Origin: Octopus sinensis
Taxonomy: Eukaryota
NCBI RefSeq assembly: GCF_006345805.1
Contig: NC_043000.1
Span: 43,400,001-43,464,000, forward strand
Length of the DNA stretch: 64,000 nucleotides
Reading direction: 5' to 3'
Shown here: positions 27,217 through 41,618 of the stretch, in pieces
How the letters are laid out: each line of letters starts with the position of its first letter
Position numbering within the stretch: position 1 is the stretch's first letter
Made by a program: the position numbers and the translations under genes
Notes under the pieces: model-generated
The model's input: only the letters and a program-made list of their open reading frames with translations
What the model was told of the DNA's origin: nothing
Databases searched by the model: none

Positions 27217-28673
27217 TGTTATAGGTAAAACACAGATGAAAAAACATTATCTGAAATCTTTCACTCTTTTAAATTACCCTAATTTGTTTGTACGAAATGG
27301 CAGGCTGTAAAATGTATGAAATTATGAGCCTGATCGTTAAATACTGCAAAATCTGTGAACTGCACCAGGTTGTGGTGACGGGAAATTGCAGCACTACCAC
27401 GAAGGGTTAAGGCGTTTATTTTACAATCAACGAAGTCACTCACGCAAGTCTAACTGAATGACACCATAACCACTGATCGATTTGTTGATAAAATCAGGGA
27501 GTTGGAACTTGTGTAGAAGTGCTTAGAATGGCGTTTGCCAGCAATTCAAAGATACAGTCTAGCTACACCAAGATTTATGAATGAAATCGTGCAGTCGTAA
27601 ACTATGCTGAAGCTCACGAGGAAACTGTTGCTGTTAAATCGAATGTCCAGCCTCTTCAAGTTCTGTGTAACTTAAGTAGCAAGCCGTTCCTATATTCAAA
27701 TAACTGATTCGCCGAAACCCACAGAGTTCTATTTATATGTTATATATGTTTAAATATATAAAAGCTAATTAGGTTTTTATACTATAATATCTATGTTGGA
27801 ACATTGTGAAATCATATATATTATAATATTCGACTCTGAAGACCACTCATCCTATAATACACAATTTGTTGAATATTTTACACATTCTAATGGAATCCTC
27901 CCTCCTACAAAAATCTTTTTCCAGCCAACTAAAATTGATCAGTTAAAATTTTGAAAAATGAATCACAAACTTAAAAACAGAACTGATTTTATAATCGCCC
28001 AATATTGTAGATGTAACAGTTAAACGTCGCAAAATTACTACTTAACATATTTAAAAAAAGTTATGTAGAAATGAAATGTAAAGAATAGAGATTTTGGAAA
28101 GTGTTCGGTGATACGTATGCTCCTTGAAATGAGATATCACCGTAGACAACAATAATGGTAAAACAATGAGTTTCTGAATTGGCACTTAAAAGGCTATATA
28201 CGCTGTTCCTATATTTCGAGGTAATTATAATAATCATAAAAATTCAGGTAATTATCGTTCTCGTAGTAAATAGAAAAACATCATAATTGAAACGAAAGAT
28301 GGTTATTTGTGCTAACCTTAGTTGATATTTTTCTTTGTCTTTTTTATGAGACTCTGGTTGTATGTTCCACCTAGGAAAATATTACTGTAAAATGCATATA
28401 AATCTTCACTAAGTTCTAGATTAAACGCCAAGAAATTGATGTATTAAAGATTTGCTGCAACAAATTCACACTTACCATTTGTAGGTAACACCGTGATGGC
28501 AATTAATAAAATTACCATTGTTTTAAACAATTACCATTACGAAAATTATTCCAGAATTTTAGATACAGGTACCTTTCCTCTTCAACATTGATATTCATGC
28601 TCTTAAAGCAATACTGATTTACTTTAATCTGCAGGTTGTTGATACTACTGCAGCATATTTTCATTTTTTCTAG

Positions 28674-28999
28674 GGTCAATCAGTATTCATAAATTCAGTG
28701 AATTGTCCGTAGATAGCGGAGGAATGGTACGAAGTCGTCCGGAAATCAGAAATTACGTCCTTCATCTGACTACTTACAACGGAATTGACTCTACTGTAGT
28801 TGCGTTTCAACAGTTGGCTTTGTTGAAACGGCCATCGAATATTTTCAGCACTAACAACAACTCTTCTGCTGTCGAAATCTTGTGTAGTCTGGCAAGTATC
28901 ACCCATAATTATATGGGGGAACCGAATCTATATTCTGCTCATTCGAGTTTTATGCGAAATGAACCAACTGCAAAGCGATTCCTTGATCCAGGTTGCTAA
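28674..28999 (+). CDS. Candidate terminal coding exon, product unknown
   Basis: Polypyrimidine acceptor ttttcattttttctag immediately precedes a 107-codon open frame (SISIHKFSELSVDSGG...KRFLDPGC*) of non-repetitive composition; no homology recognised. Confidence 0.3.
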
Positions 29000-30192
29000 G
29001 TTTGCGTTCAAACGTTCCAAGTTTTCGACATGTTTGCATTCATCTAATTCTCAGAAATTATGTGTTTTATTAAAGTTATCTCACTCACATTGAGGTTTAG
29101 AAACTTATTTTCACCTAAGACTTTTAGACGCACAACGAAAATGTTTTGGAAAATTAATAGCAAAACACTCAGAATTTAGATACAATTGTTGGTAATTAAT
29201 TACTTTGCTTTGATAATTTCTCAAATTCAATATACTCTCGCTGTGCTAAATGCATTATATTCAGATTATTACCTTGCAATATATTCTAATTAACTGTATA
29301 TATTTTGTTTGCTTATTCATTCAGATGAATGACGTTCTTGGAAAGTGCGAAAAGTATTTCAAAAGGATGATTGTTTTGTGTTACTGAAATTAAATAATGG
29401 AAATTTTATAATGAAATAAGTAAAGCGATACCGAGTACACTCTTTGATAGTTGTAAAGTTTTTACTGTCATATAAGATCATTTCTTTTTCTCTTTTGCAA
29501 GTTTTTCCATTTTTCCACGTGGTGGTTTAGTCAGATAAGATCCATCTAATTATGTATTTGTGTGCACGTAATATTCTATCGCTCGTTGGCCATATAAGAT
29601 GAATTGAATCTTTTATGTTGGAGGTGGATGCAGGTTTTAAAGCATTGAGGAATTTGATTATTCCATACTGATTGATTATTCATTTAGAATGAAAACCAAT
29701 ATCTTTCCAGCTTTATAGAACATCTAAGACTAGAGAGAGAATAGTGTCCTAAAAACAGGCATGGGGTTAAGTTTTGTCACTGCGTGGCTTCCGCTAAATG
29801 CAATGAAGATGCCATGTAGTGCTAGTAAATTGGGCGATGGTTTATTTCAACCGATCAGGAGTGAAAACAGAACTCAAAGAACTTGGTTACACTCATGAAG
29901 TGTCAACATCGGTTATCATACAGTCAAACCAATCAATTGGTACTCCGTTTATCGACACAAGTATTAAACAGCAAGGCTGAATTCGGCGGGGCATGAATTT
30001 AATCCAACGAGCAGTGGATTATACCAAGGATTATTCTCTTCTATATTCTAATACTGTGTCAATTAACGGCATGTTATATATCTGTATACCGTATGGTTTT
30101 ATTCTGAGCTGACATGCTTCAATATTGACAAATAGATGTGAATTAAGACACAAATATTTCTTTAGCATATTCCATATTTTAGATCACTGACT

Positions 30193-30482
30193 GTGAAGAT
30201 GCGTGACTTAGCGGTTAGGGGAATTCGTCTCACGTTCTTAAGGCCATGTGCTTCATTTCCGACAAGATGTTGTATCCTTGAGCAAGTTACTCTAGTCCGC
30301 TTAGCTGGCAAAAATGAGAAGTACCTGCATTTTAAAGGGCCCTCCCTGTCACATTCTGTGTCACGCTGAATCTCATTAAGGGAACTACATTAAGTGAACG
30401 TGTTTCTGTGGAGGGTTCAGTCACTTGCACGTTAATTTCAGGAGCAGACTTTTCCGTTGAGCGAATCAACCGGAACCGAAGG
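30193..30482 (+). mobile_element. Decayed tRNA/CORE-type SINE
   Basis: gtgaagatgcgtgacttagcggttaggg head, gttgtatccttgagcaag core; body shares tacctg..tttaaagggcc..tgtcac with 56942-57187. Confidence 0.7.
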
Positions 30483-31325
30483 AGCGGCAGCAGTAGATGG
30501 TTGGTAATTCAGAAACGAGAAGGGAGAAGCTATCTTTCGGTTGGGTACAATGTCTATTTTTGATAATAGACTAATTTTGATTAATTCACAGTGTTAGTTT
30601 TGAGAAACCTTTAGGGCAAAAATGTTTGTTTCGTTTCAGAAATGTAGTCGAAATATTTGAAACAATTGCTGGTTTTAATATTTTCCTACTCTACATCTAC
30701 TGTCTCTGAAAGGCAGTTTAATACATAGTTATGTCTCATTTTATGAGGACCTTCTTTAAGAAACCCCGGTTTTATGAGTTTTATTTTCCTAGCACAAGAT
30801 CAAATTTTGAACGAATTGCAAAAGTTTCTTCTACTATAACAAATGCTTCTGCCTGTTACCGACAAATTTATAGAAAACGACGAGAAAAAAAAGCTTCTTA
30901 GCAAACAACTCTAGACTTGTTTTTTTATAAAAGAAATCTACAGGTCCGCTTACGTGTGCTTGTGATTCGGTGATCAGGTCCACAAACGATGGTGTGCGCG
31001 AGTCTAGTGCACGTGAAAGATATTCAGAAAACGATTATGATTATATTGTTGCATTTAGTGATGGCAGTATTTTTTTTACCAAATATACACACACACTATA
31101 TATTCGTTCTTCATTCGTTTATTACTGTTCTTATTCTAACTCATGTCCATTGTCCGGACATTTCTCATAACACATCTGTGACCTCTTCAGCAACAACTTA
31201 CGTCTTCGAGTGTCCTTTTGCTCCATTTATTTCATTGTGTTCGTGTATGATGTGTATCCTTATATTCGCATGCGTTTGCGTTCGTGTTTGCGTGTGTGTA
31301 CATATGTATATGTGTGTGTGGCATT

Positions 31326-33870
31326 GTTCTTAGTAGCACTATGACCTTCCCCTCAGCTCCATCCCCTCCTCCGCTGTCGCTGCTGATGCCCTAGGACCCG
31401 ATATTTGGTACAGTTCCTACCTCTCTGTGTTTGTGTGTTCGCCCACATTGCTGCCATCCTGGCAGTTGTTATTGCCATTGTTGTCACCGCTGTTGTTCTT
31501 GTTGTTAGTCGTATTGCTGATACTGTTGCGCCTGTCTGTGAAGTTACTGTGGATGTGTTTGTGCGTGTATATGGGTTCGCTTCCTATGTTGTTTTGTATC
31601 CGTGCCGTGTATAGAAATTTATTTATGTTCATCTGTCCCTATTTCTTATATTTGCTTATCTTTTTAAATTCCTCACTTTTCTCTATTTGTTATATTTATC
31701 ATAGGTATGTGCATATATGTCTATTGTGTATGTATTACCCTGTATGTATCTGTGTTTTATTTTATTTTATTTTTTATTTTCCCTCTCTCTCCTCCTTTCT
31801 GTCTTTAGTCGTCATGTTGTTTGGTACGGTGGTGGGTGTTCTTAGTAGCACTATAACCTTTCCCTCAGCTCCATTCGTGATTTCTATTGAGGCTCTGTCT
31901 GTCTATTGTAATGTGTGTAGACTCTGTGATCTGTCTAAGCGTCGTGTCACGTCTATACATCTATAATACCGAAACCTCTATGCTATTTATTAAGCTTCTA
32001 TGTTCTGCTTGGCCGTGTTGGTAGAGTCTGCCTCTTCTTTGAGATCTCACTAGTGTTCACATATACGCTCCCCTCTGCTACGTACAGTTTCTTCAATGTA
32101 AGTAGTTGTCGTGTTTCTGCACTGTCCCTCAGTAAATCGGAAGCTATACACTATATTCCTAACCTTAGTTAACCCGTGGGTTCATCCTACATACAATAAA
32201 ATTGCTTCCTCTACATGGGGCCTTATCAAAGGGATAAGTTTTACGGATCATGAATTTTACAGGGGCACCAGTCCTCTCTACTACTTTAATCCGTAAATTA
32301 GTGTACTTAATGTTTTCTAAAGAGGTATGTTAGTTCGTTGCCAGAGGTAGCATTAACGAACATGGGACTCTGATATTTTTGTTAGCATGCCATGAGTTGG
32401 CATTATCTGTCTTATTTCTGGTCCTTTCTGTGCTGTTTCTGGTTTTTCTCCTGTATAGTGGGCATATCCCCTTAGCAACACCCTATATGATGGCTTTGTA
32501 CTTAGTCCTGGATCCTTTCTACACTCTCATACAGTCCCTTTGTAACCAGAGTACTGCATGCAGTGGATGAAGTGTTGCATGTGTCTTTTCTATTCCATAG
32601 GGTCGCACATACAAGATACATTCCTCGCCACTCTCACCAAGTCAACTATAAGGATGTTGAACTTGGGGTTGTCAGCAATAGCTGTGCTTTTGTGAACAGG
32701 TTACATAGAAGCCATGGGTTTGAAAGAATAGGAGTGAAGGCTTTAGACCTTACTGTTCTTAGTTTCTAGCCAGAGTTTCGTGTGTAAAACGGCAGGCTAT
32801 AGTTAGGGTGCTTGTTAAGGTGGTGTATCGTTACTTTTATACGCTGGTGGATGGAGTTAGCTTTTTGCTGGATGCTCTCCATTGTGTTAGCTTCTAGATC
32901 ATTAACATTGTCTTGTAAGGGTGCTTTGGCTACTATGTTCAGATCATCCACAAAGCGGGAGTACATGGATAGGATTATGGAGTTCTCTGCTAATTTTCCT
33001 TTGAGTTTCCTATTCCACCATCAACTTCCAGGCTACTAATAACAACATCCTGGGACTGTACCATAAATAGGTTGGCCGTATCCCCAGCGATACTGACACC
33101 GAAGGCTACACCTTCCTTTGGGCGTATATCTTGTAATAAAGATTGCATATGTGGCCCTTGAATGTGGTCTTGTTACTCGCACTCCACGCATGTACGTCCA
33201 TCTTTTTAACCCGATCAACGTTTTCGGGGTTCCGTATAGTTCTGGGCCACCCGTTCTATTTCTCTTTAGGGATCTTCTTGGCTATAGAATTTATAGTCTT
33301 ACCAATTCTAGTAGGTCAGAAATGACTAAGGTCATGTTTATCTAAGTAATCATTGTTGCATGTCAGTCTCAGGAAGAGGTCCAGTTCTTATGTGATAACA
33401 CCACGAAACTCCACGTGACTCTCACTGATCACCTCCACACATTTCTCTACAGAAAAATCAATATCAATGGATGGGTACATTGATACTACATCCATACTGC
33501 CAATTATGCATCCCGTCAGGTCGTAAGCATGGTTTCATTCATCGATTCTCCTGGGAATGTCCTTTGTGCTATCACACATATCTGGAAAGATTTTGATCAG
33601 AGGGCGTGTCATCCTAAAGAGGAAGGTGGAGATCCGGTAGTTGTGAGTAACATTGGCTCCGCAGACTCGTTTCGTTGGTTGTCCTGTTATTATGTCAGAG
33701 GTCGTCTTATGGTCCGTGCGTAGCCTATACAGTCCCGGGATGTTGTTATTAGTGGCCTGGAAGTTGATGGCCGTGTTCTTTTTTGCCCCTAAGATGTCTA
33801 ACAACATCATCATATGAGCATTGAGCGTCTTCTCTCTCTCCACATACTCCCGTATCATCGTTTCCTTCAT
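31326..33870 (-). mobile_element. Decayed Penelope-like element (RT plus GIY-YIG) with repeated 3' terminus
   Basis: Minus-strand motifs: IPGLYRLRTDHK..PTKRVCGAN; GCIIGSMDVVSMYPSIDID; YSRFVDDLNIV (32943-32966); GIY-YIG NIVYSF...YIEETVRSRGERICEH (about 32055-32165). The ORF end segment is repeated at 31326-31362 and 31837-31875. Confidence 0.9.
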
Positions 33871-34044
33871 ATTGGTGATGTAGGTTTTTTTTCGTATAAA
33901 CGATCTTGACATTCCTTTTTCTTTGCATAAAATATTTTGACATTTTACAGTTGATATATTGCCATTTATTCATTATGAATTTTATAGGTGAAATATTATT
34001 CCAGGAATGAATTAGAATTTATAACATTGCTACTATGGGAAATT

Positions 34045-34104
34045 ATTGCTCTGTTTTACGCGTTTTCGTTTTACGAGTGGTTTACGAGCGGGAAAAATTA
34101 ACTA
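34045..34104 (+). mobile_element. pogo/Tigger-like terminal inverted repeat relic
   Basis: Ends ...gtatatcgaggcatcactgTA (reverse complement TAcagtgatgcctcga), with subterminal ttttacg repeats. Confidence 0.5.
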
Positions 34105-35155
34105 GTATATCGAGGCATCACTGTAGTTTATTTTCTTTTTTGTTACTATCTAGAAGACTAAAATTTCACTTCAGTTATTAAGATAATTTGCATTCCCTCC
34201 ACTTCCTCTTTATACTTAAGATATATATTCACACACACATACATATATACATACATATATATATATATAAATGTGCATATATATATAAATGTGCACACAT
34301 ATATATATGTGTGTGTTTCTTTATCTATCTATCTATACTCACTCATATAAACATATAGTTATCGTTGCGCATCTATTTCGTTTCTGAGTATTACGTAATC
34401 CATTGTACTTGATTGTTTGTCGTACTACATTCGCAAAATTTCTTTTGGTCCCATGTGAAATGTATAAATTTAGCTTTGGGAAAATGAGAAAAGATATACG
34501 AAGCTATCTTTTACTTTTCCGAAATAAAGCATTTACTCTTGTTTTTAAGCAGTAATTATTAACTGAGTTACCTTCGAAAGTGTATTATTCCATGGGCGTT
34601 TAATTATGGAAATGGATTAGAGTGTGTTTTTTTATAAAATTCGCACTCCGTTCTGAGGTGAGGCTACAGTTTCTCTTTCATTTCTTCTGTTAGATAATTT
34701 TGCTTAAATTACACACATGTTCTTGTGTGAGCGAATCTGCTCTAATTGTTTTATTTTAAAAAATACCGTCAGCTTATGCTTAAGAAGTACGCTTCAAACA
34801 GTTTTGATACACTTACTAATGTAACGTCTATTTCAATATTAGTCAACTTTAAGTGCAGTTGCAACAGATGTCTGTTGTCTCGTTTATAACATTAAATCAT
34901 GACATTAACAGAGACTACTTAAAATTTGTACGTAGACTTTTGGAAAAGATTGATTAGTTCCAAAAGATTCGTTTCTACAGTGAACGAGGGACAGAAGAGA
35001 TAAGGTGTGTAACTGAAATGAATATTTTGTATAGATAATGTTCCATGTAAATTGGATTAGCTTCTATTTATGGTGAAGAATTTCGGTACTGTACCATATA
35101 TTGTAGAATAAATCATAGATAGTTGTCAGAGATTGCATACATACATACATACATG

Positions 35156-35187
<32 letters not shown>

Positions 35188-35244
35188 CATACATACATAT
35201 ATACATACATACATATATGTGTATTTAAAAACAAAATGTTCCTT

Positions 35245-35400
35245 CGCGAGTCCTATAGATTCATAGGACCGTTTACTCGGTTTCCATGGCATGTACATTC
35301 CCCATCTGAATGGACGCTGGTCTGTCGCAGGAGTAATTATGTTTTTCAGGTAAGTTGACTGGATCAACGTGAAATGAACTGCTTTGCTCAAGTATACACA
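35245..35400 (-). mobile_element. CORE-type SINE fragment
   Basis: Reverse complement gtgtatacttgagcaaagcagttcatttcacgttgatccagtcaact matches the core of 3082-3422. Confidence 0.65.
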
Positions 35401-35929
35401 AACACATACTCACACACACACACACACACACACACGCATATATTTATGTATACATACACATATATATGTGTATGTATATGTATGTAATATATATGTATAT
35501 CCATGTTTTAGGTATGTGTATGTCTTATTGTTGGTTGTATGGGTGAGTGTTTGCATGTACTTACAGATTTCACCGTGCTATTGCTACTAGGGTATACGCG
35601 GGTTAGCACTTACGAAAATTATAGTGTACGGTTGCTAATTTCAGGATATGCTATTGTCAGCAACTCCACTCTTACAGGAAATCGTATGAATTTTAAGAAC
35701 TTATAAAACTCCACCTTGTTTTGGCCAGAAGACAGTTTTTGTGGATTTGAGCTTCAAAGTAGTTACAAATATTTGCTGTTCAATTATGCCTTCGAAACTC
35801 TATGTGTAAAATTAATGTCTGAAAGTGTATGCTCGGTGGATGTTAAACTCAAGTGTTCAAAACGAGTGCAGCTGATCCGTACATATTACCATAGGATATT
35901 ATGTATACCGACAAAGTGTGCAATATATT

Positions 35930-36110
35930 GATTTCAAATTTCGTCACGAAGCCAGCAGTTTCAATAGAAGGGATATGTCAATTGCATCAACTGATACTTA
36001 TTTTATTGACTCCAAAAGGGTGAAAATCAAAGTTGACCTCCGAGGAATTTGAGGTAAGATCGTAAAGATGGACAAACCGCCTCTAAGCATTTTGCCCGAC
36101 ATGCTAACGA
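35930..36110 (-). mobile_element. Meta-type SINE relic
   Basis: Homologous to 7545-7712 and to the reverse complement of 27030-27216 (aagttgacctccgaggaatttga, taagcattttgcccgacatgctaacgat). Confidence 0.7.
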
Positions 36111-36571
36111 TTATATATATAAGAGGTATGGGAGGTGAGGTGATGAAAAGCTTTCTGTATTTCCACTGATTTATTAATATACAATTGTACTTTATAATGC
36201 TGATTATGTAGAACGATGCAAACATGTATGTGTAATTTCCTTACCACTGAAATTATTACTATATAAAGATGGACACGATCCTTAGGATGACAAGTACTTA
36301 AATAAATATATCTATATTTCATGCCTCCTGGTCTTTATGATTTATATGCACCTCATGAACTGATTTAAGCGATCGAATAGTTTAATTTCAGTTGCACGCA
36401 TAGTCTACGTTACACTTCTCAGTATAAATATACATATATAGATACACACTTGCACACATGTATACAAATACACCACACACACATATAAAGTATGGGGTCG
36501 AGAAGAGACCTGTATCGGATGTCAAGAAGTAGAGAGAAAAAAACCACAATGGTACAGGCAAGTAAATATAT

Positions 36572-36605
<34 letters not shown>

Positions 36606-36622
36606 CATACATATATATATAT

Positions 36623-36750
<128 letters not shown>

Positions 36751-37274
36751 ACATATACGCAAGGTATTTTACATTGTTCTCGCCTATCAAATTAACTCGT
36801 AAGTCATTGAAAGAACCGGGGCCAAAATGAAAGTGCGTTGCCTAAGATTCCATGATAGAAGCTGGTTGAAAAGTATGAGACTCTAGTAAGTTTTGAAAAT
36901 CGATTATGGTTATTTGTAATTTTTTTCAGTCTTCGGAGAATTAGTTGAATTGGCTATGAGTGTATGTCTTATAACAAAGCTTAATTTATACCCCACCTTG
37001 ATATTGAGTGAACCGAGATCCCCGTTGACAAGTTGCTGGTATAAAATAAATTCTTAAACACATGGTATATAAATTAGTAGCTCCAGTTCTCTGATGCGAC
37101 TGGGTTTGTTGACGATATAAGCACATCAGCTGCTTGTTTCCCTTGTAGAGGTTAAATGACATAGACACATCTGACGAGTATCCAATAAGGCTGAGAAATC
37201 GATCAAGTCCACCTATTTTTCTTTTAAATCTATAGAGAACTGGTTAAATTTGAAATGTATACATTCTACGATAG

Positions 37275-37313
<39 letters not shown>

Positions 37314-39399
37314 GATTTAGGGTTTCCTGTTTTGTAAAGGTTGGTTTCAACATAATCTGCCACCTATGCTAATTTTGAACTAGCCTTACTCGAGCAAGAG
37401 GAACACTGTCTGATCGAAGGACCGAATCATGGATCTAACAAATGCGTTCCTAAACCATCCAGTCATCTTAATCGCAGTTACCATGAGAATATTCAATATC
37501 TCATTAAAGACTGCTCACCTGCAATATATCAATGGTCGATTAAAAACATAGAATTTTGCGGTGTCTTCTCTGACATTTATTAATTGGCAATAACTTGTGA
37601 TGTATTCGATGTCCTTTAATGCTAAGGCTTCCTCTCAATGTGTCAGTTTCCATTAATTAAAAACAATATCTCACAAGATCTCGCTTTCCCCATTTCACAA
37701 TTCTAGGGATTCTTGTATAATTGATATTTTTATTGGTTATTAACAGCCCTGTCAATCATATAATTTAATTTTTTTTTATTTTGTTTTTTTTTGCAAGCGG
37801 GATAAAAATATACCGCGTCTTCTAGTGCTTAATTTAAATAAGTTTTTTTTTATATTCTACTGAATCTTTATTTTGCCCGCATTATGTTTGTTAATATCCA
37901 ACGTAGAGATTGCATTTCAACATCGGACATCAACAACGTGAAAGCGAATACTAAATTAAGAATACAGAGAATGCAAGAATAAAATCAAGTATAAGAATAT
38001 CGTCCCTACTGTTTTATTGCCGCTTTTGAAACCAATGATTAATCCTGAACATTAAAATACACAAGCAAGAATATCGACAAACTAGCAGCATTTATAAAAG
38101 AATCTAGGGAATGTTTTATCTGGAATCACTGAATTACTTTGTGAACCTAACGTAAATAGTTACTAGGTGAAACAAAAATTAAATATGATATTTTTCGGCG
38201 ATACTAAATCTTTATTGCTTATATGAATCAAATTGATACTTTTGTTAGTTTAGTTGCTGTTGGTATTGTTATATGCACATGTGGCCACTAACCCTTAATA
38301 AGGAGGCAAACGGAACTTCTAGTAGCCGTCCGACATGCGCCAGATTCATCTAAAACCTCGCTTTAGACTATTTACAGTGAAAGAAATATAGGGTAATATA
38401 ATTTAGATCAAATATATCTAAGATGATGAAAGGGTCATGGCGAAAATGCCTTTCATACGTGCACGTCCTCTGGGTGATTGTGACTAAAAAGAAGCAACAA
38501 TTTGCTCCAATATTTTATAACTTAAACCCATTGTACTTCCGTTTAAGGACGTATTTCTTATTGCATTTTAGCCCAAAGTTTCACAATTCAACTTACCTGG
38601 AGCTTTTGATTGTGGAGTATTGTATGATGAGGCCATCGAACTTTCATGTGTATGAAGAAGAATGATGACACAAGACCCATCCTTCTTTCATATAAGGGAG
38701 GTTTCAGTATACAAGCTCAATCAATAAAGCGTTCCTCCTAAATACAGTTATACAAATGCATTAATAAATGTCTACCAATATTCAATTGAAAATCGCTGTC
38801 CCAAACTGAGAATAAAACGTTGGCATGAAACTTACAGAGTAGGATTTCGTAAACATGGATAATTGCAGTTCCTAAGAGTGACTGGCTCTCTTTAAATTAT
38901 ATGATTACTATTTTATTGATTTAGCCCTCCGCACTCTCTGCTCTGTCAATTAATTGACACATTTGTGAATGCTGTTTCATTTCAGATACGAAGAATTAGA
39001 TATATGCACGTGCTGCATACCAAACATTAGCACATAGGCTTGCTTTTAAAATCAATCTCATATCAATAGATCACTAGTGAGATAGTACATAATGTGGGTC
39101 TTCGAATCTACATTGAATGCCATTTCCTAAACTTGGGTTTCTATAATTATGAATTATAAATGTTATAAGCGAGGGTAGATTTAAATAAGATCTGTCGTAT
39201 GTCATATAAATGATTAATCATACATTGCTGATTGGAAGAATGAAAAGTTTAATGGATACAAAGTATTACTTAAATGTGGTGTTATAAAGATTAACCAGTA
39301 ACAAATTAGATGCACGTACACGTGATGTATCTGAATATGTATTATTATATAGGTTTATGATTCTATAATACAAGACTCTCTTCTGGATGAAAATAATGA

Positions 39400-40980
39400 G
39401 CATGGTGTCTAAAGCTTTAAAATCCATATGATATCTTTCTATGCTCTAGATGAGGTACTTGTCGAAGAATAAAATTTATCACTGAAAGTGCCTTCGCTTA
39501 TAGAAACAGCAAACTTGGACAGCATGGATTTAATGAAAACGAAGACTAATTTCAATAGCACTTGTTGAAGTAGAAGGTAGGCTGCAACCACAGTAGGACG
39601 CTCCCGGTGGTGTAGAAAAATATGAAAGAACAAACACAGTAAACAAAATAAAGAGAAATTATACGAAATAATATAACATATCACATAGTTATTAATGAAG
39701 TCCATACCAAAACATTACGACTACAAAAATGAAAAAGATATTACAGAAAAATAGCAACAAAGAGGAAAAAGGAAAAAGAAAATTAAAGAACACCTGCGAA
39801 AAATTGTAAAGAAGCTGTAAACAAAATATGTCAACGATATTTTGCAGAAAACGAATCTTCCCCTCAAGTCAAAATATATATTACAATTCATTACCAAGAA
39901 CAAGAATATTTGAAGAGTATAGGAGGGACGTGATTCAAACACAACGGAGAATATTATTAAAATCACCAACAGAATATCTATAGAGTCTTCGTTTGACATC
40001 GACACAAGGCAACACCAAAAATCACATGAAGGAACGTACAGGTGGTTTTACCATCTCAAATGTCCTGCAAAAATATTTAGAGACACTCTTAACCATTTTA
40101 AATGACATTTACCAAATGATGAAAGAGCAGGATACAACGCATCTTTGGCTGATGGAAAGTAAACAATTAGGTAAGCACGAATGAAGGCATATACGCCCAT
40201 ATAAACTCGAAAACGATAGTCTGTTTCCCCACAGCTTTCAAAATTATTACTGCAATAATGTATCCGGGGAATAATAAAGATATATTTTCGAAAAGATTGG
40301 ACATCGTTGCTGTACAGCGTCATATAATCATAAAGTGAGGACCAAATCCTATTAAGTCTCTTTAGAATATTTGGAGCTCAGAAGAAATAATTAACCACGC
40401 AACACCGTGGGATACATTAGTAGGCATTACTGAATTTGAATTTCTTTCAATCAGAAACATTGTTGTATAATGACAAGTGGATGTATAAACACCCAGAAAA
40501 GCCTCAGCGAATGACAAAACGAAACTATGCAAGCACTCACAGAAGTTGATAACGTCAATAAATCCCAAGATAATATTTTGAAGTGCAACCAAATAAGGTG
40601 GAACCTTCGATTCAGCACATCATTCGATAATATACCACTAAAGTAAATTAATAGTTATCAACCATAATATATTTCTAGAAAAATGTTAACTTTCATATAA
40701 AGGCTAAAAGCAATAATTCCCTTTAACATATACATTTGAAGAATTATTAAACATGAAGACAATTACGCATCCCAAATAAAGCCGTCAACACATTTTAAAT
40801 TGACGGCTTCTTCACAATATCTTGGTGGTGTTCTTTAATTTGTTTTGCATTATCCTGCTTATTGCTATTTTTCTGTAATATATCTTTCTTCATTTTTACA
40901 GTAGTATTGTTTTGGTATGGAATTCAGTAACGACTGTGTGATATATTATATTATTTTGTATATCTCCTTATTTTGCTGAT
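39400..40980 (+). mobile_element. Highly decayed putative Penelope-like relic with inverted duplicate segment
   Basis: 39644-39800 is a diverged inverted repeat of about 40820-40976; a frameshifted TFD-STSFDNIP motif near 40600-40640 resembles PLE RT TFDFSTLYTNIP. Confidence 0.45.
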
Positions 40981-40984
40981 ATAT

Positions 40985-41068
<84 letters not shown>

Positions 41069-41618
41069 ATGTATATATATATATATATATCACTGGAAGA
41101 GATTTATATGATAAATATAATATGAATATTTAAATTAATTGAGTACCTTTACAGCATTTGAAAATGATCCGTTGTGCATTTTAGATTTTAAATCTAGCCT
41201 AAAGTTTGGATTATTTCAATGCAATGAAGAAAGTATTTTCGTGTACAGCAAATGGAAAATGAAACACAGGCAGTAATCTAACACTTACATACATATACGC
41301 ATACATAATACTTACTTATATTAATACATATATACATACACATATATGTATATGCGTGTATATATATATGTGTGTGTGTGCGCGCTTGTGTGTATACGTG
41401 TGTGTGTTTATACATATATATGCATATATGTACACGGACATATATTTGTATCCACACATATTGTTTTGTATCTATGTATATGTGTACATTCTATATAATC
41501 TCTTCTATAATTCATTATTAGTCAGCAAAAAATGAAATTTAATCTAACGCAAAGCAAACATTTATCAAAAATGGAATTGGTATTTTGTGCCAACAATATG
41601 TTGGCTATAATTTCTGAC

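Noticed and set aside
27385-27410. piggyBac-like GGGTTAA end (also TTAACCC at about 42144) and Tc1-like TACAGG end at 22561
   Set aside because: No matching partner terminus or transposase sequence was found.
31145-31198. Minus-strand CTGAAGA...GAAA next to the Penelope 3' end
   Set aside because: Stem II does not close on GAAA and there is no stem I partner.
31427-31966. 179-aa hydrophobic ORF
   Set aside because: It is the antisense reading of the T-rich Penelope 3' region.
39440-39525. ctaGATGAggtactt...aagtgcc...GAAAcagc hammerhead-like relic
   Set aside because: The core has an insertion and stem III does not form; suggestive only.
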